A stretch of 64,000 nt of DNA, from positions 65,098-129,097 of the forward strand of contig CAWUSE010000023.1 in NCBI GenBank assembly GCA_963925805.1, read 5' to 3'. The notes beneath the pieces are model-generated. The model did no database searches. It was not told the DNA's origin and was given only the letters and a program-made list of their open reading frames with translations. The position numbers and the translations under genes are program-made. Shown piece by piece: positions 38,065-47,915 of this stretch (position 1 is its first letter; each line of letters starts with the position of its first letter). This stretch comes from an uncultured Acidimicrobiales bacterium. GTDB lineage: Bacteria > Actinomycetota > Acidimicrobiia > Acidimicrobiales > UBA10347.

Positions 38065-38882
38065 GCGGCACGAATTTACCCGGGCGTATCGAGACAACAT
38101 TGCGTGCGGTCCGTGACTCGGGCCGCAAGTGCTTGGTGCCCTACATAACTGGCGGCTTGGGCGACGATTGGCTGGCGTCGCTAGCTGCTGTGATCGACGG
38201 TGGAGCGGACGCATGCGAGATCGGTATTCCATTCAGTGATCCGGTAATGGACGGACCTATCATTCAGCAAGCCAACGAGATCGCATTGGCATCTGGGGCT
38301 ACGCCGGTCTCGATAGCTGGTGATCTGCGCGACTTTGAATCGCCAATTCCGTTAGCGACCATGACGTACTACAACATTGTGTATCGCATGGGTCACGAGC
38401 GTTTTGCGAACATGTTGAACGAGGCTGGCATCAGCGGAACGATCCTGCCCGATATCCAGATGGACGAGTCGGCTGACTGGATCGAGGCAGCGAACAAGCA
38501 TGGTATCGAGAACGTCCTGTTTGCTGCACCGACCTCGCCCGACGACCGGCTCGCCCGCACCGGCCAATTGGCCAGTGGGTTCGTGTACGCGGTGGGGTTG
38601 CTCGGCATCACTGGCGAGCGCAAAGAGTTGGCAGCATCCGCGATTGATATCGCTCGACGCGCCAAGGAACACACCGATCTTCCTGTACTGGTCGGTGTGG
38701 GGATTGGAAGCCCTGAACAAGCGGTGGAAGCTTGCTCTGTTGCTGATGGCGTGATTATTGGCAGCACGGTAGTGCGTCGCCTCGTGGGTGGGCTTGAGAC
38801 TGGTACGAATGGCGCTGACGCGGTGCGTGAACTGATCGCTGAATACCGTGCGGCTCTAGACACGGCCTTCCCTGGAAACTGA
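38061..38882 (+). CDS. trpA: Tryptophan synthase alpha chain
   Basis: [28 protein letters not shown], and [13 protein letters not shown]. Confidence 0.93.
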   Translation: MSGTNLPGRIETTLRAVRDSGRKCLVPYITGGLGDDWLASLAAVIDGGADACEIGIPFSDPVMDGPIIQQANEIALASGATPVSIAGDLRDFESPIPLATMTYYNIVYRMGHERFANMLNEAGISGTILPDIQMDESADWIEAANKHGIENVLFAAPTSPDDRLARTGQLASGFVYAVGLLGITGERKELAASAIDIARRAKEHTDLPVLVGVGIGSPEQAVEACSVADGVIIGSTVVRRLVGGLETGTNGADAVRELIAEYRAALDTAFPGN

Positions 38883-39002
38883 CTGTATGGAACGCACGTG
38901 CGCCAGGCACCTGTTGGATCAGTGGCGACGTTGCGGGTGGAAGCAAAGCCGTACATCTGGAGCTGACAGGAATTACTTCGGGCCGCCGGGAGTTTCCGTC
39001 TT

Positions 39003-39221
39003 TTGTTTGGTGACCTGATCGCTGTCGACTGGGGCGAATTAGCGCTCGACATCGTTCTGCCGAAGACCGACCGCGTCGTTGCGGTTCAATGGGCGATTAT
39101 GGGGCCCGTCTGGTTGTTCGTACTAGCTCTTAGTTGGCAGTGCGAGCGCGATATCCGCCATTTCTTGTGGGGCGTCTGCATGATCAACTTTGCATGGTTC
39201 CTCGCCCGCATGGTGCACTAA
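39003..39221 (+). CDS. Possible small membrane protein (start uncertain)
   Basis: Listed TTG-initiated ORF with hydrophobic stretches (MGPVWLFVLALSW, VCMINFAWFLA). The TTG lies inside a T-rich, terminator-like tail after trpA, so only the 40-aa version from ATG 39099 may be real. Confidence 0.3.
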   Translation: MFGDLIAVDWGELALDIVLPKTDRVVAVQWAIMGPVWLFVLALSWQCERDIRHFLWGVCMINFAWFLARMVH

Positions 39222-39239
39222 GACCTAAGGACTGTTTCC

Positions 39240-40598
39240 ATGACGGACTATGACGTGATCATTTTGGGCGGGGGTGCTGCTGGGCTCGGTGCAGCTCGAG
39301 CCGCGATCCGGGAAGGCGCCAGCGTCGCGCTGATAAGCGACGCGCCGCTTGGCGGCGACTGCACCTTTACAGGGTGTGTGCCGTCCAAGTCGTTCATCGA
39401 AGCATCACGCCAGGGCTTAGATTTCGCTGCCGGGCTTGAACGAGTTGAGCGTGTCGTCGCCACGATCGCGTTCGGTGAGAACGCAGAGGTCATGCGGCAA
39501 GAAGGTATCGATGTGATTGAGGCTCGGGGATCCTTTGTTGGCCCTCGTTCTATCGAAGTCGAGGACCGTCGCATCGAAGGTAAAAATGTCATCGTGGCTA
39601 CGGGAAGCCGGCCAGCCGTACCTCCGATCGATGGTCTCGCAGAGGTTCCGTTCATCACCAATGAAGCGTTTTTTGATCCGCGGCCACAGCCGAAGTCGGT
39701 CGTGATTGTTGGTGCCGGGCCAATTGGCTGTGAACTCGGCGAAGCAATGGCTCGCTTCGGTGCGCAGGTAACGATCGTTGAGTTTGCCGATCGCATCCTG
39801 AGTCGCTATGAACCGGATGCCTCGGTCCTTGTCGAGGCCAGCATGGTCAGGCTAGGAATCGATGTTCGGACGAGCACGATTGCCCAGTCAGTGCGTCACA
39901 ACGATGGCCGGTTCTCCGTGGACCTCGGTGCGGAGTCCATCGAATGCGATGAAGTTTTGGTCGCCACTGGACGAACGCCGAACACGAGAGGCTTTGGTCT
40001 CGACGAAGCCGGAGTCGGGCTCGATCGGCAAGGCTTCATCCAAACCGACGATTACCTCCGCACTAACGTCAAGGGCGTGTTCGCTGTCGGCGACTGCAAC
40101 GGCATCCAAATGTTAAGTCACGCTGCGGACGAGATGGGCCGACTAGCAGCATGGACGGCCCTGCGGATGGGACGTAAGTACAAGTTCGACCCGAACCGTA
40201 TTCCGCACGTGGTGTTTACGACGCCCGAAGTTGCGGCCATTGGAGTGCTGGAGGCTGACGCACCCGACGACGCGAGCGTGGCTGAGGTCGCGATGAGCGC
40301 CAATGATCGTGCACTCGCCGCCAACGCGACTGAAGGTTTCGTGCGCCTCATTGCCCGCCCCGCCAAGTTCACGAAACATCGGGCCGGGGGCAAGCTGATT
40401 GGCGCCACCGTCGTTGGCGGCAGCGCCGGTGAAATGATCAACGAAGTGGCGCTGATGATGCGGATGAACGCGTATGGTTTCCGCCTTGCCCAGACAGTGC
40501 GGGCATATCCGAGCTGGTCGACGGTTATGCAGAAAGCGGCCGCCCGGTGGTTCTACGAGTACGAAGGAGAATCAGCGCGGCCACCGCGCCGTAACTGA
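39240..40598 (+). CDS. Class I pyridine-nucleotide-disulfide oxidoreductase (dihydrolipoamide dehydrogenase, mycothione reductase or mercuric reductase-like)
   Basis: FAD motif VIILGGGAAG, the redox-active disulfide GGDCTFTGCVPSK, NAD motif VVIVGAGPIGCE, and a C-terminal dimerisation domain. Confidence 0.85.
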   Translation: MTDYDVIILGGGAAGLGAARAAIREGASVALISDAPLGGDCTFTGCVPSKSFIEASRQGLDFAAGLERVERVVATIAFGENAEVMRQEGIDVIEARGSFVGPRSIEVEDRRIEGKNVIVATGSRPAVPPIDGLAEVPFITNEAFFDPRPQPKSVVIVGAGPIGCELGEAMARFGAQVTIVEFADRILSRYEPDASVLVEASMVRLGIDVRTSTIAQSVRHNDGRFSVDLGAESIECDEVLVATGRTPNTRGFGLDEAGVGLDRQGFIQTDDYLRTNVKGVFAVGDCNGIQMLSHAADEMGRLAAWTALRMGRKYKFDPNRIPHVVFTTPEVAAIGVLEADAPDDASVAEVAMSANDRALAANATEGFVRLIARPAKFTKHRAGGKLIGATVVGGSAGEMINEVALMMRMNAYGFRLAQTVRAYPSWSTVMQKAAARWFYEYEGESARPPRRN

Positions 40599-40785
40599 AT
40601 ATTCGGGTGAGCGTGCGTTGCTGGCTAACCCCGTGCAGCGGCTGCTCGAACTTGACCCGGTCGAAGACCATGATGGTGGGCAGCGAGTCAACGCCGAGGT
40701 TATGGGTAGAGCTTGTTGCTTCCCGACAATCACCGAGCCTGACAAGACCGTCGCTGAGCTGTCTGAGATCAGCGAACTCGGCCAA
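40525..40785 (-). pseudogene. Possible remnant of a thioredoxin-fold gene
   Basis: The minus-strand segment LAEFADL...LGVDSLPTIMVFDRVKFEQPLHGVSQQRTLTRI resembles the cis-Pro/beta-strand end of thioredoxins (YGIRSIPTLLLF..G). No in-frame CxxC is present, an upstream stop interrupts the frame, and the frame runs about 75 nt (40525-40598) into the converging oxidoreductase gene. Confidence 0.2.
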
Positions 40786-40835
40786 AGTGACCCGTCGAGG
40801 TCTCTGTCGAGGTGTCTTCGGTCTTCATCATTGGT

Positions 40836-40869
40836 CGGGTGGGCAAGGTTTACGGGTGGACAAGGTTTA
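40836..40869. repeat. 17-bp tandem direct repeat x2
   Basis: CGGGTGGGCAAGGTTTA followed by CGGGTGGACAAGGTTTA, with one mismatch. Confidence 0.85.
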
Positions 40870-41152
40870 ACTGACGCTGACGTATTTGAAATCTGCCGGT
40901 CGCAACTTTGACGAGAGTTTTGGCTCATCAAGAGCGAATAGTTCATCGGCTAGCACTCGGTCTCGGCACCTGCAGATTGGGCCAAAGGCGACCGGGTAAT
41001 GGGATCGCCTGGCATGAGTGCCGACAAGTTCCACGAGCGCTTTGACAATCTCGAAGAAGCGAAACTAGACCTGTGTTATGTCGACGATCCGTCATAGAGA
41101 CAGCGACCGTCCCCAAAAAAATGCGGATGATAGGACATATTATTCACGAAAC

Positions 41153-41196
41153 CTAACGGACGTGACCGAGGTCACCTAGTGTGACGTCACCGTTAG
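41153..41196. promoter_or_regulatory. Cluster of nested inverted repeats (candidate operator) about 25 nt upstream of the peptide ABC operon start
   Basis: CTAACGG-ac-GTGACC-ga-GGTCAC-ctagt-GTGACGTCAC-CGTTAG. The outer 7-bp arms CTAACGG/CCGTTAG enclose GTGACC/GGTCAC and the 10-bp palindrome GTGACGTCAC. Confidence 0.5.
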
Positions 41197-41218
41197 TGAG
41201 ACCATGGGGGACTCCTGA

Positions 41219-42340
41219 GTGGCTGAAGCGACGGATAAACAGTCACGTGCGTCCACACCCTTGATTGTGGTTGACAATCTCAAGACACATTTCAAGGTTC
41301 CGGCGGGCGATGTCAAAGCCGTCGACGGTGTCAGTTTTGAGCTCGAGCTGGGGAAGACGCTCGGGATCGTTGGCGAATCAGGTTCCGGTAAGAGCGTGCT
41401 ATCACGTTCGGTCATGGGGCTGAACGTCGCATCAAACGTTCAAGTGACCGGTTCGGTGAAGTACAACGGGCGCGAGCTCATCGGTCTGCGCACCAAGGAA
41501 ATTAAGAAGCTGTGGGGCGTTGAGATGGCGATGGTGTTTCAGGACCCCATGACATCGTTAAACCCGGTCGTCAAGGTTGGTCGGCAGATGACCGAACATG
41601 TGCGTAAACATCTCGGTCTGAACAAGAAAGAAGCACGCACGCTTGCGGTTGACCTGCTTCGGTCCGTGCATATCCCAGAACCTGACAAACGTTTCGAAAA
41701 TTATCCCCACCAGATGTCAGGTGGCATGCGACAACGGGTCTGTATTGCGATTGCACTGGCATGTGGACCCGAGGTCCTGTTCGCCGACGAGCCGACGACA
41801 GCATTAGACGTGACCGTGCAACACCAGATCCTGAACCTGCTTGCCGAGCAGCAGCGAGAGCGCAATATGACAATGATCATGGTGACCCACGACTTGGGAG
41901 TTGTGGCTGGACGTGCCGACGAAATTGCGGTGATGTACGCCGGCAAGATCGTTGAGAAAGCATCGGCCAAGGGATTGTTCGCAAACATGCGTCACCCATA
42001 TACCCAAGCTCTGCTTCGATCGATTCCAAAGACTAGCCAGGCGAAGCATTCTCGTCTGCAAGCCATCTCGGGCCGGCCACCCGACCTCATCAACCCTCCA
42101 GCAGGCTGCAAGTTTGCCCCTCGTTGCCCTTATGCCCAAGAGCAATGTCACGAAGAAGAACCCGAGCTCAACGAGGTCGGAACAAGCGGACATCGTTATG
42201 CCTGTCATATTCCGGTTGGGTCCAACGCGAGTGATGAGGCCTTTGCAAAGAACCTCGAAGCCGAGCTACCTCAGGCGCTGGCCTATGCCGGTCGCATTGC
42301 AGCGGTCGAAGACCTTTCCGTTCTAGGACTGTCCAACTGA
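41219..42340 (+). CDS. oppD: Oligopeptide/dipeptide ABC transporter ATP-binding protein
   Basis: Walker A GESGSGKS, signature MSGGMRQR, Walker [12 protein letters not shown], and the oligopeptide C-terminal region [13 protein letters not shown]...[10 protein letters not shown]. Confidence 0.9.
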   Translation: MAEATDKQSRASTPLIVVDNLKTHFKVPAGDVKAVDGVSFELELGKTLGIVGESGSGKSVLSRSVMGLNVASNVQVTGSVKYNGRELIGLRTKEIKKLWGVEMAMVFQDPMTSLNPVVKVGRQMTEHVRKHLGLNKKEARTLAVDLLRSVHIPEPDKRFENYPHQMSGGMRQRVCIAIALACGPEVLFADEPTTALDVTVQHQILNLLAEQQRERNMTMIMVTHDLGVVAGRADEIAVMYAGKIVEKASAKGLFANMRHPYTQALLRSIPKTSQAKHSRLQAISGRPPDLINPPAGCKFAPRCPYAQEQCHEEEPELNEVGTSGHRYACHIPVGSNASDEAFAKNLEAELPQALAYAGRIAAVEDLSVLGLSN

Positions 42341-43347
42341 TGGCAGGTTCAGGTACCGCTCATCTGCGAGAGACTGCCGAAGTCTTATTGCAAGTCGAGG
42401 GGCTTGTCGTTGAATTCCCTGCGCCAGGTGGTGAGTCGGTCAAGGCGGTAAGCGGGATCAGCTTCGATATCGCTCGGGGTGAGACACTTGGTCTGGTTGG
42501 AGAATCTGGCTGTGGCAAGTCAACAACGGGTCGGGCCATTTTGCAGCTTCCGCCGCCAACGGGCGGACGGGTGCAACTGGAGAGCGTCGACCTCACCACG
42601 CTTGCGCCGGATAACTTACGCGCTCGCCGCACCGACATGCAGATGATCTTTCAAGATCCGATCTCGTCACTGAATCCACGACGTGCAATTGGCGAGATCG
42701 TTGCCGAGCCACTTGCCGTCTGGGGACCGGAAGGGAAAGACGAACAATGGGCCATCGTGTCCTCCATGCTCGAGGCCGTGGGTGTAGATCCTGCCAGCGC
42801 TCGATACAAGCATCCTCATGAGTTCTCGGGCGGCCAGTGCCAGCGCATCTCGATTGCGCGCGCTCTCGTCATGCAACCGCAGCTCATTATCTGTGATGAG
42901 CCGGTGTCGGCACTCGACGTGTCGGTGCAGGCACAAATATTGAACTTGCTCGAGGATCTCAAGGTTCAATACGGACTGACGCTGCTCTTCATCGCACACG
43001 ATCTGGCCGTTGTGAAAAACATCAGTGATCGCGTCGGGGTGATGTATCTCGGCAAACTTTGCGAAACATCTGAGTCGGACGAATTGTATGCCCGACCGGC
43101 GCACCCGTACACGGCATTGTTGCTCGAATCGGTTCCCGAGCCCGATCCCACCATCGAGATTGATGAAACCGTGGTTGAGATGGGCGAGTTGCCTTCGCCT
43201 CTCGACCCACCTTCGGGGTGCCGTTTTCGTACCAGGTGTCTTTATGCGCAAGACCGGTGTGCTGAGGAAGAACCGCAGATGCGAAAGATTAGCGAGGAGC
43301 ACTACGTGGCGTGCCATTTCCCACTTATTGATGTGCCAGGCCAGTGA
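42340..43347 (+). CDS. oppF: Oligopeptide/dipeptide ABC transporter ATP-binding protein
   Basis: GESGCGKST, FSGGQCQR, IICDEPVSALD, and AHPYTALLLESVP...CRFRTRC. Confidence 0.9.
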   Translation: MAGSGTAHLRETAEVLLQVEGLVVEFPAPGGESVKAVSGISFDIARGETLGLVGESGCGKSTTGRAILQLPPPTGGRVQLESVDLTTLAPDNLRARRTDMQMIFQDPISSLNPRRAIGEIVAEPLAVWGPEGKDEQWAIVSSMLEAVGVDPASARYKHPHEFSGGQCQRISIARALVMQPQLIICDEPVSALDVSVQAQILNLLEDLKVQYGLTLLFIAHDLAVVKNISDRVGVMYLGKLCETSESDELYARPAHPYTALLLESVPEPDPTIEIDETVVEMGELPSPLDPPSGCRFRTRCLYAQDRCAEEEPQMRKISEEHYVACHFPLIDVPGQ

Positions 43348-43432
43348 TTAACAAGATCGTTCAGTCTGTGAAAGCAGAGACGAATCGCGTCGACAACCGT
43401 CGCGCGTACAACAAGGAGGGGGTCCTTACCTC

Positions 43433-45301
43433 ATGAGAAAGCAACAGGTATTTAGGCTGCTCGCTCTGTTACTCACGTTTGCGCTGGTAGCAGCGGCGTG
43501 TGGTGGCAGTGACAACGAGGCAGCAGAAGAGACAGACGACAACGCCGAGGTCGACTCTGGGTCGACCGACAGCGAACCAGAAGAAGAGGCTGAATCCGAA
43601 GACGAGGCCGAACCGAAGGAAGAAGTCGTTGCCGCAGGCACAGAAGCCGAGGGCGACGTCGATACTGAAGTTGCCGCCACAGAAGAGGGGACGATTCGTG
43701 CGCAGGGCGGCGAGATCGCCGTTGGACTTGAGGCCGAACTCGTGGGCTTGCGCCCGTGGGAAGACACCTGTGGCTCACCATGTATGAACGTGCTGCCGAC
43801 CCTCTACGACAAGTTGATGGAATCGACAGCGGACGGGAGCTACGGGGGCTGGTTGTTCACTTCGATCGAGTCAAACGCTGACTTCACCGAGTGGGTTGGC
43901 CAACTTCGTGAAGGCGTGACCTTCCACGATGGGTCGGCGCTTACGGCGCAGACGGTTGCAGATATGTTCCCTGTCCAACAAGAAGGCGCCACGTCACGAG
44001 GCCAGATTGCAGCGTCAAATCTGGGCGACGTAACTGCCACCGGTGACTTCGAAGTCACCTACACAATGACGGCGGCGAACTCAGCGTTTCCTGCATACCT
44101 CTCGCGTGCACCGCTCGGCATGGTCTTTGAGCCGTCCTCGGCAGCGGCTGACATCGATGCGTTCAACGAAAATCCTGTCGGCACTGGTCCCTTTATGTTC
44201 GTAAGCCGCGACCTCGACAACGAAACAATTGTCGAGCGCAATCCGAACTATTGGATGTCTGATTCCGACGGCACTCAGTTGCCGTACCTGGACAAGATCT
44301 CGTTCCGGCCGATTCCTGATGAGGGAACTCGTCTCGACGCAGTGCTTTCGGGAACCACCGACGTTGCCCATACGTTGCGACAGGGAACTATTCGAGACGG
44401 GCGTAACGCCCGTGACGATGGCGCCGAGATCTTCCTGTTCGAATTCCAGGGTAATAATGTTGGCGGCGGCATGTTCAACCTGCTCGTCCCACCATTTGAT
44501 GATGTTCGCGTCCGACGCGGTTTGACACAGATGAACTCCCAAGAGAATGTCATTGAAGCCCTTGGAGGCACAGGCATCTCGTTGCCAGGAACCCAGTGGT
44601 TCAGCCCTGACTCAGTCTGGTACTCAGAAAAGGCTGCAGCCGCTTGGCCACAGTTCGACTTCGCTGCTGGCCAAGCCACGTTGAAGGAGTATGTTGACGA
44701 TCCCACTCGTTCTGACGGCAAGGCCGTTGGCGAATCTATTTCTACCGAGCTTTCATGCCCACCAGATCCGACCCTTATCGCAGCGATGCAAGTACTGGAA
44801 CAGACCTGGACAGCTAGCGGGCTCGTCGACGTCGAACTCACCAATTACGATCAACAAACTCATATCGGGTACGCACTTGGTGGCGACAACGGCTTCGTTG
44901 GCAGCCACACGACTCATTGTTGGCGAGTAGCCAATGACGAAGATCCTTCGACATGGCTGACGCCTGCGCTATCGGCGCCAACCGCCGAGATTGCAGAAGC
45001 TGCTGGCCTGCCAGGGCCGTCACCACTGAATTGGTCCAACTACTGGAACGAAGAAGTGTTTGCGAACCTGATCGCTGCCACTAGAACCGGTGATTTCGAT
45101 GAGCGTTATGTGCTGTACGAAAAAGTCATGTTGCAACTGGCCGAGGACGTTCCTATCTGGTTCTCAGGTCACACGGCGACTGCGTTGATCGTGGCTGACG
45201 AACTCACGGGTCTGGCTAGCTGGGAGTTGCCAGACGGCACCCTCGGCAACGGACACCCCAACGCTGAAGGCCGCTGGGGTCAAGCCTGGCTGGATAACTA
45301 A
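43433..45301 (+). CDS. Peptide ABC transporter substrate-binding lipoprotein (family 5) with an acidic low-complexity linker
   Basis: Lipobox LVAAAC|GG, then a roughly 60-aa E/D-rich linker, then an SBP family 5-like body (HDGS.LTA, NPNYW). Confidence 0.85.
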   Translation: MRKQQVFRLLALLLTFALVAAACGGSDNEAAEETDDNAEVDSGSTDSEPEEEAESEDEAEPKEEVVAAGTEAEGDVDTEVAATEEGTIRAQGGEIAVGLEAELVGLRPWEDTCGSPCMNVLPTLYDKLMESTADGSYGGWLFTSIESNADFTEWVGQLREGVTFHDGSALTAQTVADMFPVQQEGATSRGQIAASNLGDVTATGDFEVTYTMTAANSAFPAYLSRAPLGMVFEPSSAAADIDAFNENPVGTGPFMFVSRDLDNETIVERNPNYWMSDSDGTQLPYLDKISFRPIPDEGTRLDAVLSGTTDVAHTLRQGTIRDGRNARDDGAEIFLFEFQGNNVGGGMFNLLVPPFDDVRVRRGLTQMNSQENVIEALGGTGISLPGTQWFSPDSVWYSEKAAAAWPQFDFAAGQATLKEYVDDPTRSDGKAVGESISTELSCPPDPTLIAAMQVLEQTWTASGLVDVELTNYDQQTHIGYALGGDNGFVGSHTTHCWRVANDEDPSTWLTPALSAPTAEIAEAAGLPGPSPLNWSNYWNEEVFANLIAATRTGDFDERYVLYEKVMLQLAEDVPIWFSGHTATALIVADELTGLASWELPDGTLGNGHPNAEGRWGQAWLDN

Positions 45302-45333
45302 GTAACTAGCGGACACTCGGGAGGACACCGATC

Positions 45334-46287
45334 ATGGGAAAGCTCCTTGCTGCTCGATTTGTGCGGCTATTAGCCACACTTTTCGCGGTAACACTGGTTT
45401 CTTTTTTCATGGTGGTGCTCCTTCCGGGCGACCCCGCCGTGGCTATTCTTGGCCAAGACGGCGTGCAAAACCCCGAGTTGCTACAACAGGTCCAGGACGA
45501 GCTGGGTCTCAATGACCCGCTTCATGTCCGTTATGGCGATTGGTTGGGCAAGGCGGTCAGAGGGGACTTGGGTGATTCCTACACGAACCGGGGCCAATCG
45601 GTCGCTGACACGATCGCTGACCGGGTTCCCGTGACTGCCCAACTCGCGTTTATGGCCATACTTATTGCGGTGATTTTTGCGGTTCCATTGGGTGTGATCG
45701 GCGCCTATAAACAAGGTAGGTGGCCCGACAAAGCCACCTCGGCAAGCGCCCAAGTGGCTCTTTCCGTTCCGAACTTCATCACCGGCATTTTCTTCATCTG
45801 GCTATTTGCGGTGAAGCTTAATTTACTGCCGGCGTCGAACTGGAACCGCATGAGTAATGGTCTGGGCGCCAATCTGAAGACGGCAATTATGCCGGCAACA
45901 GCGCTTGCGCTGACTCAGATGGCGATCTTCTCCCGGCTTGTACGGTCTGACATGATCGCGACCCTTCAAGAGAACTACATCCTCGCTGCTCGGGCAAAGG
46001 GTATGTCAGACAGATTTATCCTGTTTCGACATGCGCTGCGTCCGAGTTCGCTTAGTCTGATGACAATTGTCGGCATCAACTTTGGCGCATTACTGGGCGG
46101 CACCGTGGTTATCGAAACACTGTTTGCGATACCTGGCCTGGGGTTCCGGCTGATCAACGCAATTAGCCAACGAGACATTCAGGTAATTCAGGGCATCACC
46201 GTGTTCATAGCGGTGGTTTACGTAGTTATAAACACCATCGTGGACCTGCTCTACATCGCCATCGATCCCCGCATCCGCAGGAAGTAA
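45334..46287 (+). CDS. Peptide ABC transporter permease (OppB/DppB type)
   Basis: N-terminal LLPGDPA, an EAA-like region ENYILAARAKGMS...ILFRHALRPS, and six predicted TM helices. Confidence 0.88.
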   Translation: MGKLLAARFVRLLATLFAVTLVSFFMVVLLPGDPAVAILGQDGVQNPELLQQVQDELGLNDPLHVRYGDWLGKAVRGDLGDSYTNRGQSVADTIADRVPVTAQLAFMAILIAVIFAVPLGVIGAYKQGRWPDKATSASAQVALSVPNFITGIFFIWLFAVKLNLLPASNWNRMSNGLGANLKTAIMPATALALTQMAIFSRLVRSDMIATLQENYILAARAKGMSDRFILFRHALRPSSLSLMTIVGINFGALLGGTVVIETLFAIPGLGFRLINAISQRDIQVIQGITVFIAVVYVVINTIVDLLYIAIDPRIRRK

Positions 46288-46292
46288 GCACA

Positions 46293-47306
46293 ATGACGAC
46301 GACTGGCTCGGGCGATTCCAAGGTTGAGTTCCCGCGCGATCGGCTCAGCCCAATTTCGACAGAGGCTGATTTCACGGTGAACGTCGTGGCGGCAGGCGAG
46401 AAGCCGAGACGACAATCATTCTTTAAAATATTTCTCACCATGTCTTTGATGGTCAAGCTCGCTGCTCTATGGCTGATCTTCATCGTTGGTTTGGCGTTGT
46501 ACGCCAAACTCGACACCGCTGTGTTTAACGGCGCCTTGCCCTTACAGGACCCAAACTTTCAGACCAACAATTTCGATCCCAGCACCGGCGAGTTTGGCAC
46601 GGGCGAACGCCTCGAGAAACCGTCTGGCCAACATTGGCTTGGAACCGATGCGATAGCGCGCGATAGCTTCGCCCGTATCGCTCACGGCAGTTGGGTGAGC
46701 CTGATCGTGGCACTCGTGGCGGCAAGTTTCGGCTTGATTGTCGGAGGGTTTCTGGGAGCACTTGTTGGCTATGTCCGCGGCTGGACCGAAACGGTTGTCA
46801 TGTGGGCTATCGACGTGATCTTGGCGTTCCCCGCGTTGGTGCTGTTGCTTGCGATGGTGTCAATCTTCCGGGTCCGTAGTCTCTTCATCATCAGTCTGGT
46901 GATAGGCGTCTTGTCGATACCGGCGTACACCCGTGTCGCTCGCGCCAACAGTTTGGCGATTTCGAATCGCGAGTTTGTCACCGCGGCCCGTGCCATTGGC
47001 ACGAGCAGAACCAAAATTTTGTTCCGTGAGATTATCCCTAACGTCATGCCGACGCTGATCTCTTATGCAATGGTGGCAGCAGCCTTTGTCGTCGTTGTTG
47101 AGGGAACGCTTTCGTTCCTTGGATTGAGCGTGCAGCTCCCACAGTCGACGTGGGGCAACATGATCAATCAAGCACGCAGCGATATCAAGGTCGATGTTTG
47201 GCAAGTGATTTATCCATCGCTAGCACTGACGTTCTCTGTACTGTCGCTCAATCAGGTTGGCGACTTCTTCCAAAAACGCCGGTCTGTGCGCGACTCAGCC
47301 ATCTAG
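46293..47306 (+). CDS. Peptide ABC transporter permease (OppC/DppC type)
   Basis: HWLGTDAIARD, and an EAA-like REFVTAARAIGTSRTKILFREIIPN. Confidence 0.88.
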   Translation: MTTTGSGDSKVEFPRDRLSPISTEADFTVNVVAAGEKPRRQSFFKIFLTMSLMVKLAALWLIFIVGLALYAKLDTAVFNGALPLQDPNFQTNNFDPSTGEFGTGERLEKPSGQHWLGTDAIARDSFARIAHGSWVSLIVALVAASFGLIVGGFLGALVGYVRGWTETVVMWAIDVILAFPALVLLLAMVSIFRVRSLFIISLVIGVLSIPAYTRVARANSLAISNREFVTAARAIGTSRTKILFREIIPNVMPTLISYAMVAAAFVVVVEGTLSFLGLSVQLPQSTWGNMINQARSDIKVDVWQVIYPSLALTFSVLSLNQVGDFFQKRRSVRDSAI

Positions 47307-47332
47307 GCTTGCGAGCTAACGAAGGACTGATT

Positions 47333-47366
47333 GGGGCGCTGCTGGGTGGGGCGCTGCTGGGTGGGG
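47333..47366. repeat. 15-bp tandem direct repeat (2.3 copies)
   Basis: GGGGCGCTGCTGGGT occurs twice, followed by GGGG and then TTTTGTT. Confidence 0.85.
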
Positions 47367-47633
47367 TTTTGTTCCGTCCCATCGCAGAGCGAGAGGGCGC
47401 CAGACAGGTCCAGCGGGAGATCGACTCCTCTGCCCCCGACCCGTGGCCTAGTGCTGGGAGGGAACGCGCAGGTGCTGTCCGGGCCGCCACCCCGAGCAAG
47501 GCAGGATCACAGACGTGGCCACGGCTGCGAGTAGTCCAGCGTTTAACTTGTGCCTCGCTTGCACTCGGGTTGGGTGGAAGCCCTTATGGTCCGGGGGACT
47601 GGGGCCAATCGGGTCCGTTGTTGAGGGTTCTGG

Positions 47634-47915
47634 CTACTTGACATCCTCAGGAAAACCGGTTGCGGCGAGTTCTTCAGCGAGTGCATGGATGCGCGTTATC
47701 GAATCGTTAGTGGGCGAATCTTGATGATTGAGCAAAGAGTTCTTGATTTGGCTGGACAAGGTCGCTTCCAGTCCGCAGTCGTTACAGGCCTCAAGATGCT
47801 CGAGCACCTTGGGTACTTCGGAGGCTTCAAGTTCCTCATCGAGGTACTGCTGAAGGATGGCCTCGACCTGTTGACAGGACATGCCGCGCTTGAATATTTG
47901 TGACAAGAAGTTCAT
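47634..47915 (-). CDS. rshA: Zinc-binding anti-sigma factor (ZAS, RsrA/RshA type)
   Basis: The HxxxCxxC motif HLEACNDC, plus an N-terminal Cys (MSCQQV). An ATGA overlap couples it to the upstream sigma gene. Confidence 0.8.
   Translation of the reverse strand: MNFLSQIFKRGMSCQQVEAILQQYLDEELEASEVPKVLEHLEACNDCGLEATLSSQIKNSLLNHQDSPTNDSITRIHALAEELAATGFPEDVK

Noticed and set aside
38893-38902. A 10-bp perfect palindrome CGCACGTGCG just after trpA.
   Set aside because: It is an isolated short palindrome with no loop and no partner site, which is expected by chance in GC-rich DNA.
47460-47530. SRP (4.5S) RNA-like strings GGTGCTGTCCGGGCC...GAGCAAGGCAGG.
   Set aside because: The conserved GGAA tetraloop and symmetric-loop context of SRP domain IV are missing, and I could not draw a closing helix.
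47150-47641. A 163-aa plus-strand ORF spanning the oppC end and the downstream gap.
   Set aside because: It overlaps oppC out of frame and continues through the GGGGCGCTGCTGGGT repeats as Gly/Leu/Arg low-complexity sequence.
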